64,000 bases of DNA from Azolla caroliniana. Its lineage: Eukaryota; Plantae; Polypodiophyta. Below, piece by piece: positions 36,132 through 48,700 of the stretch. How positions within the stretch are numbered: position 1 is the stretch's first letter; each line of letters opens with the position of its first letter. The notes under the pieces are model-generated. The model was not told the origin of the DNA, made no database searches, and saw nothing but the letters and a program-made list of their open reading frames with translations. The position numbers and the translations under genes were made by a program. The DNA is taken from assembly GCA_043228905.1 (NCBI GenBank), contig JBHGNT010000005.1, forward strand, positions 2,170,001 to 2,234,000, given 5' to 3'.

Positions 36132-36657
36132 CCCCCTTTGTGTTCGCTTAGGGTTGGCTTCAGCTCGTCTCCTGCGCAAGACCCCGCTCGGCGCAACAAG
36201 CCCGTGAGCTCCCGACCTGCGGCTTGGCAGCCGACGACTACTGTTACCTACCTTGGATCGGCTCGAAGCCGGGAATGTATTCTTCCTTTTATATATATAC
36301 ATTTGCGTCTGTCTGTGTATATTGGTGTCTCTGTTGGTGTCGGGTGCTTCCCCTTTCCTGCGTTTCCTGTACATAAGGGCATGAGTCGGGTCGGCCTGTG
36401 TGTGTGTGTGTGTGCGTGTGCGTGTGTGTGCGTGTGCGTGAGTCGGTGTCAACCGTGCGCTCCCTCTCTTTCTCCCTCTCCCTTCGGTTGCTTCCGGTGT
36501 CCTTCTGGGATGCCCCGGAAACGGTGAAGTGCGACTTCCTATGCTCCATCACCCCCTAGTCCAAGACCCCCGTGGTCCTGCCTTTCTCCACGCACGCGCG
36601 TAACAACGCGACAATGTTATACTCGGTTTCCGCCTAGGGACGGTTTTCTCCACGACA

Positions 36658-37365
36658 GCGCATTCGGGGAAGGATAATCGCACACGGGAAGAGCCTACGG
36701 AAGGCGAGCGCGGAGCGGAGAGAGTCGACACGCGGAGGTGTTCGGGACGCGGAGACGATCGAACCAACGGAGGGACATGCACGGCACGCAAGGCGCGGAA
36801 TCTGGCGTACAACCAAAGTGGCCCGGCGTGCGATCGGAGAACATACGCGGCGAACAGCGGAGGAGTGACTGGATCGGCAACGGTGTTCAGGAGGACCAAT
36901 CAGGGAAGAAGGCACGAACACCGGATATGGGGGCCTGACAATGAGCCGGCAAGACCGATCGGGGCCGGTAAGGAGCTGGCGAGACGATCGGGTGTTGGTA
37001 AGCCGGAGGACCCGGTTGATCACTGTCACCAAAATCTGTCACCTTTCTTGGCACATACCGGTGGATGTGCGGTTTGGTGGGGGTGGATGTCGTGAAGATT
37101 TCTGGCTATAGTGTGAAACCGGGGCAAAATGGGCAAGTCGGTGTGTGCAACATGTGCACATTTATAGTAGGAAAACGGTGTATAGAATAAGGGGGGAGTA
37201 TTGATCCCACATTGTAACGTTCCTCCCTCCTTGGGCTATAAAAGGAAGGGAGGGGTCTCTAGTATGGGGTTGCCCATTTTGAGTTAGGAGGGTATACCGT
37301 TAGATTTAGGGTTAGGCAGTTCCTCTTATTCTTGTTTCATTCTAGGGTTTCATCTTGGTAGTTTT

Positions 37366-37396
<31 letters not shown>

Positions 37397-37820
37397 GTCG
37401 TCGTCGTGTGGGTTGAGAGTTCGTGTATGTTTAGGGTTTGCTTCTGGTTGGTCTCCTCTGCAAGACCCCGCTCGGCGCGACGAGCCCGAGAGCTCCCCGA
37501 TCGGCGGCTTGGCAACAGACTGCCGTTGTAACCTACCCTACCTTGGTCCAGCTCGAAGCCGGGGTTGTATCTTTTCCCTTGTAATATACATACTCATATA
37601 TGTTTGTGTATATTGGCGTATTTGGTGGTGTCGGAAGCATAGCCCTTGTTTCTTGTGCATAAGAGTCGGTGTTGCGCGCTTGCTCTCTCTCTCTCTCTCT
37701 CTCTCGAGTTCGATTGCCTCTAGGACGTGTCCAGAGTCGGTTTCTCGGCATCCCTTCCTCCCTCGTCCGAGACCCCCATGGTCCCACCCCTTCTACACGC
37801 ACACGCGTAATAACGCGATA
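36658..37820 (+). mobile_element. 3' end of gypsy-group element F (internal 3' region, PPT, LTR 37088-37820)
   Basis: PPT GGTTTGGTGGGGGTGGA then TGTCGTGAAG; LTR similar to C; right flank CCGA. Confidence 0.85.
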
Positions 37821-37997
37821 CCGAGTTGTGAAGTTGAGGGATTACCTACGCCAATCCACAATGGGATTGTGCGTCACTAACCAGGACAACCTTAGAATGA
37901 CAGGATATTGAGGAGAAGAAATTAGATTGAACGCGATCGTTTCATGATGAGATCCCATAATGAGCTCTAGTGGAATCGTTTCTTCAATGATAGCACT

Positions 37998-38636
37998 TGT
38001 TGAGAAAGGAATCGTCAATCCACTAGGAAAGGAATATGCTGAAATACACAACTCTAAAGCACAGGAAACATTGTACACAGATTTAAAGTGGAAACCCTAA
38101 AGCGGGTGGAAACCCCAGAGAACAGAGCTTCACTATACAGTGGATATACAACAATGAGATTAGAGTGTAAATAGCCTCGAAGGACACTTGGCGTATGTTC
38201 TTATGATCATAGCTATGGCGTTGCTAACACACTCATGCTACCTCACCCTCTTTTCTCTTCTGTCTCACACTATGCACAACAGAGGCTCATACATACACAC
38301 CTATACATGTTTTGTTTGACCTAGGTGTATTTATAGTAATACACAGAATGGACTATTTACAATCATGGCCATTATTATTATCTAATAATAATAGTAGTAG
38401 TCTTACTAATCAATCGACTCATTCGTCGACTATCGGGTCGGTCCGACTAGTCGGCCTGATCATCGACCATCCAGTCGGCCCGACTAGCCGGTCGTGTCTT
38501 CGACCTCGATCAACTCTCTCTGAGTCGACTCCTCTACCGTCGGCTCTCATCCAATCAGTCAGTTGCTCCCTATCTTCGATTGTCGGCTCTCATCCAAGCA
38601 GTCGACTCCTCCCACTGGAGGGACATATTCCTAACA
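37998..38636. mobile_element. Solo LTR I (639 bp) with decayed 5-bp TSD
   Basis: TGTTGAG...CTAACA; flanks GCACT/ACACC; host protease frame is restored on removal. Confidence 0.75.
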
Positions 38637-39385
38637 ACACCCGATAGGAGCGGTCATTCGTCAATAACCTCAACCAGAATAGGCTTTGTTTTGACGACCT
38701 TAGGGATGGAGTGTGTATGGCCAAAGAGCACGTCCATAAAACATGTCGTGGCTCCAGAATCAAGTAGGGTGGTGGTGTATATCACCCGAGTCCCTATCTG
38801 CAAGCTCATCGGTACCATAAAACCATTTCGAGATGGCGCCTCATGAGTAGAGGTGATCATTTGACTGATGGCGCCTAGTTGCATAACTCTTACTGCACCT
38901 GGACCCTCCCATTTCCCAATATGCGACTACCTTTCATCGCGCACGAGGTAGCAAGATGTCCAGACATGGCACAGTAGAAACCCAAGTTGTCTCGTCAATC
39001 AGTGTCACACTTTACCCACCTCTATCGGCGTAGGTGAATCAATGGTTGGGACTTGGTTCAGGACATATGGCGGGGTTGGAGATTGAGAGGAAGAAGGCCA
39101 AAAAAAAGACAACCCATGCCTTATTTCCCAGGTCGTACACTCCTCTTGACGGAGCTTGAAGAGGCGGTTATCACAACGTACCACCTGTGCTATCGCTTCG
39201 TTCAACAAGGTCAACTCTAGAAAATTTAGTAATAAATTTTTTACATCACCTGTCAATCCCCGACAGAATTGATCACATAGGGCTTGATCGCCCCACCCCA
39301 CATCGCAGGCAAGTTGGCAGAATTCGGAGGCGTAGGTGGAGGTTGCATGATTACTTTGCTGAAGGGAATAGATCTTAGTGAGCAT

Positions 39386-40918
39386 TGTCGTGAAGATCCG
39401 TCACTACATGTGGATCGTGAGGCGGAACCGTCAGGGTTCTAGACTGCAAGGATTCGAAGTTTGCACAAGCTTTAGCAAGAAAGTATTTAAGATAGATTGA
39501 AAGAGAGAGAGAGCTTGAGATAAGATAGAATGCTTGACTTTAGATTGAGAGACAAGATTAATACAACACAAAAATGGAATAATGAATTTTCTTCCTCTTA
39601 ATTTCTTAATTAATACATAACTTCCCTTTTGTCTTTTTCAACCACTCTTTTATAGATGCCTTCATGCATATGTCGCATGTGAGGCTACAAGACATGCATA
39701 CAATGCATGGAATGCATGTTTGCCATTTGGTGCTCATGCATTACATATGATGCATGATAACCATCTCACTCAATCAAGCTATAATATGAGAATTTACATG
39801 AAAAAGTATAATGATAGAAGAAATATTTTTAAGCATATGACTTAGCTTAGTGGTAAGTCTATTGCCTTCTATCTTGGAGGTGCAAGGTTCAAGTTTGGTT
39901 TATATCCCTTTTATAGCACAAAATACTATGGCTTTTAGACCAAATATCTTTAAAACACCATGCATCGCGATCAACCGACCCGACTTATTTGCATCCATTT
40001 GGTCTGGCCCAGTTGTTCGCATCCCAAGGTCGTCGAATGCTAGTAACCGGGTTTGCCGACACTGGTCGGTCGCCAGTTGCCGGTTGTCGGTTCCGTCACT
40101 AGCTAGTCACCAGTCGCCAAATGTCGTTGGTCGGTCGTCGGTTGCATCCGTTCGGTCTGGTCTGGTTTGGTTCACATCCCAAGGTTGTCAATCGTCGCAT
40201 CCTAAGCCAGTTCGGTCCGCATCTCGAGGTCGTCGGATGCCAGTAACCGGGTTTGCGGACATTGGTCGATCACCGGTTGTCGGTTGTCGGTTCCGTCGCC
40301 AAATGCATGTTTTGTCGCCGGTCCACGCATCCCGAGGTCGCCGGATGCCAGTAACCGGGTTTGCCGACATTGGTCGGTCACCGGTTGCCAGTTCTGTCGC
40401 CAGTTGCCGATTCGGTCTGCATCCCGAGGTCGCCGGATGCCAATAATCGGGTTTGCCGACACTGGTCGGTCGCGAAATGCCGGTTCCGTCGCCGCTTGGT
40501 CGTCGTCTCGCCGTCTCCATCCAGAACAAATGAACTTGGATACATCCATTCATCAAGTCATTCAACTCATCCTTCCTATTCTCCACACATAGAGATGAAC
40601 CAAATAGCTTTTGCTTTACCTTATATATGGTGAGATCCTTATTTGTCATGTCTATGTGGGATATGTTAGAATTTTTTTATTTTTCTCTTTTTCTTTGCAA
40701 ACTTCATACCCACATAACTTGACACTTAGAGGTCTGTTTGTTATGTAGCAAAGTGCATTCAAAAGCTCTTCAAGACCTCCATCTTTTTGTACCAAGATAT
40801 TAAACTTATTTAAAGTAGTATCTTCACTATTATTGTTTTATATTTCGTGAGAAGAACCACACTCGATTTCGTATGTTCCTCACAAGTTTCACACTATCAC
40901 CGAAAAATCTTCACGACA
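39386..40918 (-). mobile_element. Long solo LTR G (1533 bp) with internal tandem repeats at about 40020-40490
   Basis: 12-bp terminal inverted repeat TGTCGTGAAGAT; U3 start resembles F; flanks GCAT/ACGT; interrupts the Tcn1-type gag. Confidence 0.8.
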
Positions 40919-42759
40919 ACGTAGCTCGACATCAGTCCATCTCCCCAAACTTAGCTTCAAACTCCATGAGAAAGGTTGCGAAAATTTCCAAAAGTGGCGA
41001 TGTCGTTTCCACCAAGGGAGTGAACCACGCTTGTGTTGGTCCCGTCAACAATGAACCCAAGAGACCGGCCTAGTGGAACCCTATGGCGTAACGACGGGGC
41101 TGTAGGCGGATGATGAGGTGGATCTAATTAAGGAAGTCGCGTAGTCGTGCATGCGTTCCATCAAACTTATCGGGAAGGCTAATCTTGGGTTCATAGTAGG
41201 GTTCTTGGGATGGTGGTGGTGGGTTGAGTGTGGTGGATGGGGTAACCAAGGATGTGGTAGATTGAAGCTCAAGTAAAGATTGACGAAGGGTAGCGTTCTC
41301 GGCTTGGAGTTGTTCCAAAGCTACGAGTATTTGGGGTGGGCTATCGGATGGATCAGACATGGCTTTCGATGTGTGGTTAGTGAAGAGGGGGAGAGAGCAA
41401 AGAATTGAAGGAGAACAAACTGTTAAGGACAAAAGAATCAGAGCTACAAGGATACTACAAGGATGCGATCGACAAGCCTAAACGCTCTACAAAGACACGA
41501 TTGACAAGCTAAGGGCAAGTATCATCAACTAGTGTTGTTCACCTTGAATTCATTCAAGGTGAACTCAAATATTTATACTAAGCGGCATGCATGCTTGTTG
41601 CATGCATTTGATACACTAGAGCATGTATGTACGCATGCATGTGGCAGTGTGAAATTATAATACAGGAGCAATTATGCTCATGGTGCTAACTTAAAGTTAC
41701 AAGCAACAATTGTGCATATGAGTGTATATTGAACATGTTGGTTAACACATAACATTCGATTATAACACAAGAGGTTACTAGTTCAGATCTTGACGTGACC
41801 GTCGTCATGTAAAAGGGGATTTTGCCAACCCCAACTTTGGGGTTTCCTACTGGTCCCAATGCTTTCTACTTTGCGTTCACAAAGAGCCACTTTCCTCCAT
41901 GTAGCTTTTTCACACTAATTAATTGAGATATATATGTTTTTTGGTTAACAATTATCAACACCTTGTATGTTTCTATTACAATGTAAAAGGCCAAGAAAGT
42001 AATTCTCACAAACTATAGGATGTATATAGGCCAAAAAATGATACAAGGTAAAAGGTTGCCAAAATCAAATTTTTTGTGTCCATGAATTTTTCTATAGGTT
42101 CAAAAACAGTTATTCAATTGCTTCATGACTCTTCCTTCCAACAGTGGTATGAAAGCCAAGATTGTGTGTAATCGAGTCGGCCAAAAGATTGTAAAATCCA
42201 AACCGGAATGTGACATCATTGTCTACAGTTATGAGAGGTAATCCTTACTACAATCTTACTACTACAGTCTGCAATAATTCTTCATCCAAATTTTGCAGAT
42301 CTAATAGAGGTGTTTCTATCGGTCTTAAAACTTCTAGTAAATACATATATACCCGTCCTTAGATTACAAAGAAATGAGTGTTCATCTATGTGCACTAGAT
42401 TGTGACATAGAAGTTGTATTTTAGATGCATGCCCACTTCACGAGAGATTGTGAAATGGAAGTTGTGTTGTCATGATGTGGTGAGTAAGGTAGAACAAGGT
42501 GCTAAAAAGAGGGGACGAGACAATAACCAGATAAATGTGTATATATATATAACAATAATACAACAATAAAAAGTAGATAGCCAAATGGCAAGACTATAGA
42601 TTGTGTAAAACAAAGTGTGAAGTTAAAAGATGTTGAATGGGACTATCCTTTTATGGTTTTCATGGAAAGGGGGTTGGTGAAAATTAAATGTGGTTGGTGG
42701 CACCTCTCTCTCTATAAAAAAAGGTAGAGGGCTCATTTTGGGGTTGGACATTTTTTGGC

Positions 42760-43200
42760 CATGTTGAAGAAAAATATTGAGTCATACTTTGGACATGGAA
42801 ATTTCAGAAAATGTAAAAGATATGCTTGGCATGCATATTACTTGTGATAAGAGTAATGGGTGTATTTATTTGTCTCAATCGGAGCATATATCCAAAATAA
42901 TCAAGAGGTTTAATATGGAGAGCACACCATTATATATTCATGTAAAATTGAGTATCAATTAATGCCCTAAATCTTAATATAAAAAGGAGTTCATGAGCGA
43001 AATATCCCACTAGTCTATTGTTGGTACCCACATGTATTCTACGATAGCAGCAAGGCCAAACATTACCTTTGTTGTGGGAGCTATGAGTAGATTTTTTTTT
43101 AAATCTTGGTGAGAAACACTAAGAAGAAGTTACAATGATATTGATATATTTTAGTGGCACTAGGGATAAGTTTCAATGTTCAAGTGGTGGTAATGTGTCT
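42760..43200 (+). pseudogene. Highly decayed copia RT remnant
   Basis: MLGMHITCDKSNGCIYLSQSEHISKIIKRFNME resembles copia RT. Confidence 0.6.
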
Positions 43201-45749
43201 ATTACATGGTTGTTTACGTACCCGTATTAAACGTTTAAATATGTATAGTACCGCATAATTTGTATAGTATGTATTATACCTCAATGTTGTTCAGTCAAAT
43301 ATCATGTACATTTGTCCAATACAATATTGAACGTACATTTGAAAAAACAGATATAATACGAATTTATAAAAAAATGTAAGTAAAACCCCAACAAAAAGCA
43401 AAAGAAAAAAAAAAAGATTTTAGTAAAAAGGAAGATTTTTATTCCCCAATTCCATTGCACCCTTTGTGGCACTATACCGATCATGTCTTTCCAAGTACTT
43501 CATATTGTGGTGTCCATAGATTGTTTTCTATGCATATTACCACCTGTGCATAATTTAAATGTGATCGAAAGACAAAGCCTTTTCTTTTTCTTTTTCTTTC
43601 GAAAAAAATATACTCCATTGGTATTAAAAGGAAAATGGCCAAAGGCAATATACAAAATAGTCCAACAATCCAATGTTTGTAGGTAAAGATAATTCCTTTC
43701 CTTCAAACAAACATGAGGAATAGCCTTTAATATTTCCTTTGAACTCTTCTGCAACAAATTATCCACAATCACTAAACCGGTCTTTGACATGCGAAACAAA
43801 CATAAAGCAAATAATGACTATTATTTCGTTTACATGCCAAATAAACATGAAGAATAGTCTTCAATACTTCCTTCGAGGTCTTCCGCAGTAGATCATTGAC
43901 AATCACTCAACTGGTATTTGATATTATCAATTGCTTTACACTATCTGCTTCCTCCTCGAAGATATGTAGGTTGTAAACCAGTATGTCATTGACCTGCATC
44001 ACAAGATCTTGGGAAGTCGTTGTTCTTCAACACATGTTACAAATGTTGCATTTGTAGACAGCAAACCTACCATGATACACATGCACTTGGAATTCCTTCA
44101 TCTCCACAACCCCTCAACGATCTGCTTTATCACAAGAAGAGAATAATCCATCAACAATCCGGTTTATCACAACTTTCATATTCTCACATTAGCCATGTCA
44201 ACTTTCGCTTTGTCATAAACTCAAAAAAAACATGCTTCGACCCCCACACCATCTTCACTCATCCTTATCCCACAAATTGTTTTTCTTCATCAAGTCCGCA
44301 TCAACCATCTCACTGATTATCACCACTTTCCAATACAAATAACAAACAAAATAAATCTATCGTGTTTCCTCATCCCCTCATGATCTGCTTCGGCTCCCAC
44401 ACCATCATCATTCATCCTCTCGTCGTGTCAATATTCATTATTCATATGCTTCAATCCCTACCACCACACCAACATCACTCGTCCTAATGATCAACATAAA
44501 TCTTCTCCATTCAACAGCTTGAGCTCGCCATGTCACCGATTTCCATCAACATCTTGTGTAGACAACAAACATTTAGTGTAAACAGTTTCCTCACCTACTC
44601 ATGATAATATACTTCAAACCCCACACCATCTTAACTCATCCTTATAACTCAAAATAATTTGCTTCTGAAGTCCACATCAACCAGCTTGCCATCAACATCC
44701 TGCATAGACAACAAAAATTTAGTGTAAACAGTTTCCTCACCTACTCATGATAATCTGCTTCAACCCCACACCATCTTCACTCATCCTTATCCCTCAAAAG
44801 AATTTGCTACTTAAGTCCACATCAACCATCTCGCCGATTACCAGAAAGTTCTTGTACAAATAGTTACACCAAAATGAGTATAGAATGTTTTCTCATCCCC
44901 TCATATATTTGCTTCAGCCCCCACACCATCAACACTCGTCCTCTCTTCATGGCAATATGCTATAAAGACAAATAACTACGTGACAAAAACGACAACTAGA
45001 TCCTGTTTGTTGCAATCACTAAGAAACCTAAAATCTTCTTCATTCCGTCCTCATCAACATCTCGCCAACCAGCTTGCCATGTCGCCGACTACCACCAACA
45101 TCTTCTAAGGACAACAAAAAAATGAGTCTAAAAATTTCCTCTCGTTATGACAAACCGCTTTAAGCCCCCACAACAGCATCACTTATCTTGACAAAAACAT
45201 CGTTCATCTATGTTATGTCATGTTGTTTGTACTAAAGACGGTGCAGTGGCAGGAACAACCAACGAGGTAGTACATAATTCCACTTGACATCAGCAGATGC
45301 ATCAAACATAATAGGAATAGATGACCAAACTCTACGAATTCTCATTCTTTTCTTATTAGTTTTGTTTCTAGAACCGTATGTACCAATAAGTCCCAAAAAG
45401 ACTTAACATGATCCACGATGTGAATGTTTTCATCATTGTATAGCTTGGAACCTTACACGACATGTCAACCTTTTTTGTTCACAATTGACTCAACTTTCAA
45501 AACATATTCGCGTGGTCTATGAGAGTTCTTTGGTGAGCCATCATAAAATACAGCAAATGTCAATCAACATTACCCTATCAATACTTCTTTTGGTCTTTAA
45601 ACATAGTCCAAAATCACTTTAAATAGAGTCATAATTTCAAAACTTGTACTTAATGGTCACCTAAAATAAATAACTAGTCGATAGTGTTTTTAAAACTGAA
45701 ACAATTAGCAATGTGATCTAAACAATTAGGTACCTATCGGATCCGCCCT

Positions 45750-48700
45750 CACTACAACAAACATTCTTCGAGTAACTATGCCATTATTATTGAGATTATC
45801 TGTATTGTTATTTGCACTAATAGATCATTAATACATAATGAGTCAACAATTCAATTACATGTAATTAATGAATGATTTGATCACATTTTCCCTAATAATT
45901 GAGAATCAAAGTCTAACCAACTAGGCATGTTCTTTAATTGCATCCCTAGTTATGATTGATTGATTATGCGGAAGAGTTTGATTTGTAATGTATGGAAATA
46001 ATATGATTTTAAGCATGTGGAATTATACCCGCTTTTTGATAGATGAGGTACACATTGGCATCTTAAAGTTTAATTTTATTACCCCTTATAGAAGGGATAA
46101 CTTAGCCTGAAAATTATCTTACTGATAGATGTGCATCAACTACGATGTTTATAATGGGACATGGACGGACTCAAAGCAAGATATGTAAGTTATAATGTGT
46201 GTGAAACGGAAATTTCTTGAGGTAATGTTGTGCTAAACATCTTACCATGCAAAAGGACGAAAACTAGCAAGTTCTGTATTGAGTTACTCTATGAGAATTT
46301 AAGGAAAATGTTGAAATATGGAGCCATTGCTTTCAAAACAAAGATAGAAAAGGCTTCCATATTTATGTTACTCATTCATCTTTTGTTTTTCTAATCGTAT
46401 GATCCCATAATAAATTGCTATTAAGAAAGGTTTTGAAATGCTAGTTTTGGCCACTTTCGTTGAGACCTGTATTTAGATATTTCACTAAAATTGGGTTAAA
46501 CTACAATTGAAGTTTTTAGGTTATTCACTTTAAAGACGATGTTCCAACAATCCACACTACTTAAAGCATAAAGTTGACATTATTTTCTGTAGTTGAAATT
46601 CTTTGCGGAGAACATTTAACATTTAAAGATTACTTTACCCTTTCACTATTCTATGGTTCTTGTCCATCTTTCTCTTTCAAAACTCTATCCCCTATTTAAA
46701 GACCTTCGCATGGTTGTATAACTCTTTACTATCATAGTCTATCGTACAAAAACCTATTTAGGTAGTGCATCCTATTTAGGTTGAACTATAGTCGAAGTTC
46801 TTGATATTGTTGTCTAGTGCATCCGCAAGAAAGAAACTCAAGGCTCATTTGAATCAAATGGGCATGACCAAATACCACTTATATGAGAGAAAATCTTTTA
46901 GATAAACAGTATTATTAGTATAAGTAGAGATAGTATTATTAGTATGTTTTTGCACATTAGTATTATTAATATAACAAGAGATAGAGACACTTGTTTAAAA
47001 GTATTCTTATGATTCTTATGAATATTTGTAATCCATGTCATTATTGCTAGTGTACAATGAAATGTTGTTGGCTAATTTGAACACCAAACGAAGCTTGAGC
47101 CAAACAATGAAATGATAGATAGCTCAAGGAGCTAGATGCTAGTAATCAAAATAAAAAGTTGAAGCATTTTTATCAACAAAATTAGGTAACACCCAAATTT
47201 GCAATGACATATCCATCATCGATAAAAAGGAGAAATAACCTAAGGATTTGCATGCACATTGGGCTTTAAGTTATCACTAACTATAAGAAGGCACGTTTCA
47301 GTTCTTGGAGCCAATCCAATAATCAAATACCATTTGAAGTATACGAATGTGCGCACATTATGAGTACTAAACAATTGCCCATAAATTCATGGAATCGACT
47401 ACTTTGTTTTGACCACATGATTTTTATTTTTATTTTTTCCCTAAAGAGATATGCCACATGATTTTTTATAATACCTTGACCACATGATCTTTAATTAGCT
47501 TCCATTGTACTTGACTCAAATTATCACTACTTTAAAATTTTAATATAGGGCTCCTATTAATGTTAAATTGATATTTTATTCTACAGTTGGTCAACTCCTT
47601 TGTCATGTTTGCTTTGGATGAGTCACGAACTCTAGTGTTGAAATGTTGGAAGCTCCCAAATTATTGTCTATGAAAAGCAACTTTATGTTTAACCTTTTGA
47701 CATGACAAGGAAAACTTCAAAGTTTGTCTCAGCAACATTATACATGTTAAGTGCTTAAAGGGTGGCTTGCTTAGAACTTTATAAAACTTAAATGTTGCTT
47801 GGCACGAGCACCTTTGGCATCCAAACATTTGGATTGTTGTGCACCCAACTAATGTGGCATCACATTAAAGCCTTTTCAAAGGAGCCTCATTTTAAACATC
47901 TTTGATGCTTGAAACGTATGTTGAAAGTTATCTATGACTACAAGTTTGGGTCGTGCTCATTCCCATATGCATGTTTATCTTTGGGGAAGAAGAGGGTTGC
48001 ATAATTTGGATCATATTTATTCATTCAACCTGAGTGTGCCCACAAAGAATTTCGAAACCCTTTTGACATAATTTTTGCAACGACTAGATTTTTTCTAGTA
48101 AACTCACATGATAAAATGTGTAGTGTGGTCCAATTTCAAAGTCATATGGACAAGCAAGAAACTAATGTGAATGCTCTACAAAGCCTATGTCTCTTCTTGT
48201 TCACATTTGGAGAGTTGCGGGTTCCTTCCACAGTTTTTCTATATCCCCTTGTGAAATGTGCAACTCACACTTGGGACTCTTTCCAACAAAGGTCCATTTT
48301 GACCACGTATCAAGCAATATTACTCTCTATTTTAATAGCTATAGTAATATTGTAAATTCTAGCTTTATATATTGGAGTGGGTGATATCTATTCCTTAGAT
48401 GGTGAAAAGCTTAAACAAGTACGTTTTTTGGATTCAAGAAAGAGTATCTAGATGGTAGAATAAAATATATGAATACCATTTGGATTGTATTATCTATTGG
48501 TAATAGGATTATATTTGTAATTATAAAAAAACATGATCCAATGCATTGAAACCTAATTGTTTTGTTGTTCTCCTTTCATCAAAGAGAAATGCTCGACCAT
48601 AAGAAGATGCACGCCTCATTTAAAAAACTTTCTTTTTTGTACTAAGATTGGTTGTATTTCATGAGAATCTCTTCCATCAATAGGGTCATCGAAAGGCTTT

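Larger units (their letters stand above)
29797..36613 (+). mobile_element. Non-autonomous gypsy derivative C (degenerate gag, no pol) containing two solo LTRs
   Basis: LTRs 29797-30591 and 35824-36613; tRNA-Trp PBS 30596-30613; PPT 35807-35823; gag-like VGRFNGDKVPSYLEAY from ATG 30629; flanks ACAT/ATGT. Confidence 0.88.
29759..36657 (-). mobile_element. Remnant of minus-strand gypsy LTR H (pieces 36614-36657 and 29759-29796), split by element C and by the copia
   Basis: GGACGGTTTTCTCCACGACA terminus at 36657 matches the A/E LTR ends; the flanks of C join into one continuous sequence. Confidence 0.6.
37821..41760 (-). mobile_element. Decayed chromovirus/Tcn1-type gypsy (gag-protease and 5' LTR), the outermost host of the nest
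   Basis: MSDPSDS...EPKISLPDKFDG gag (ATG at about 41360), YASEFCQLA...FCRGL, LLDSGATTCFMD protease, VILRLSWLVTHNPIVDW; LTR right boundary approximate. Confidence 0.8.

Noticed and set aside
885-37100. Numerous overlapping and antisense ORFs of 60-270 aa
   Set aside because: Expected shadows of GC-rich TE coding and LTR sequence; no recognisable domains
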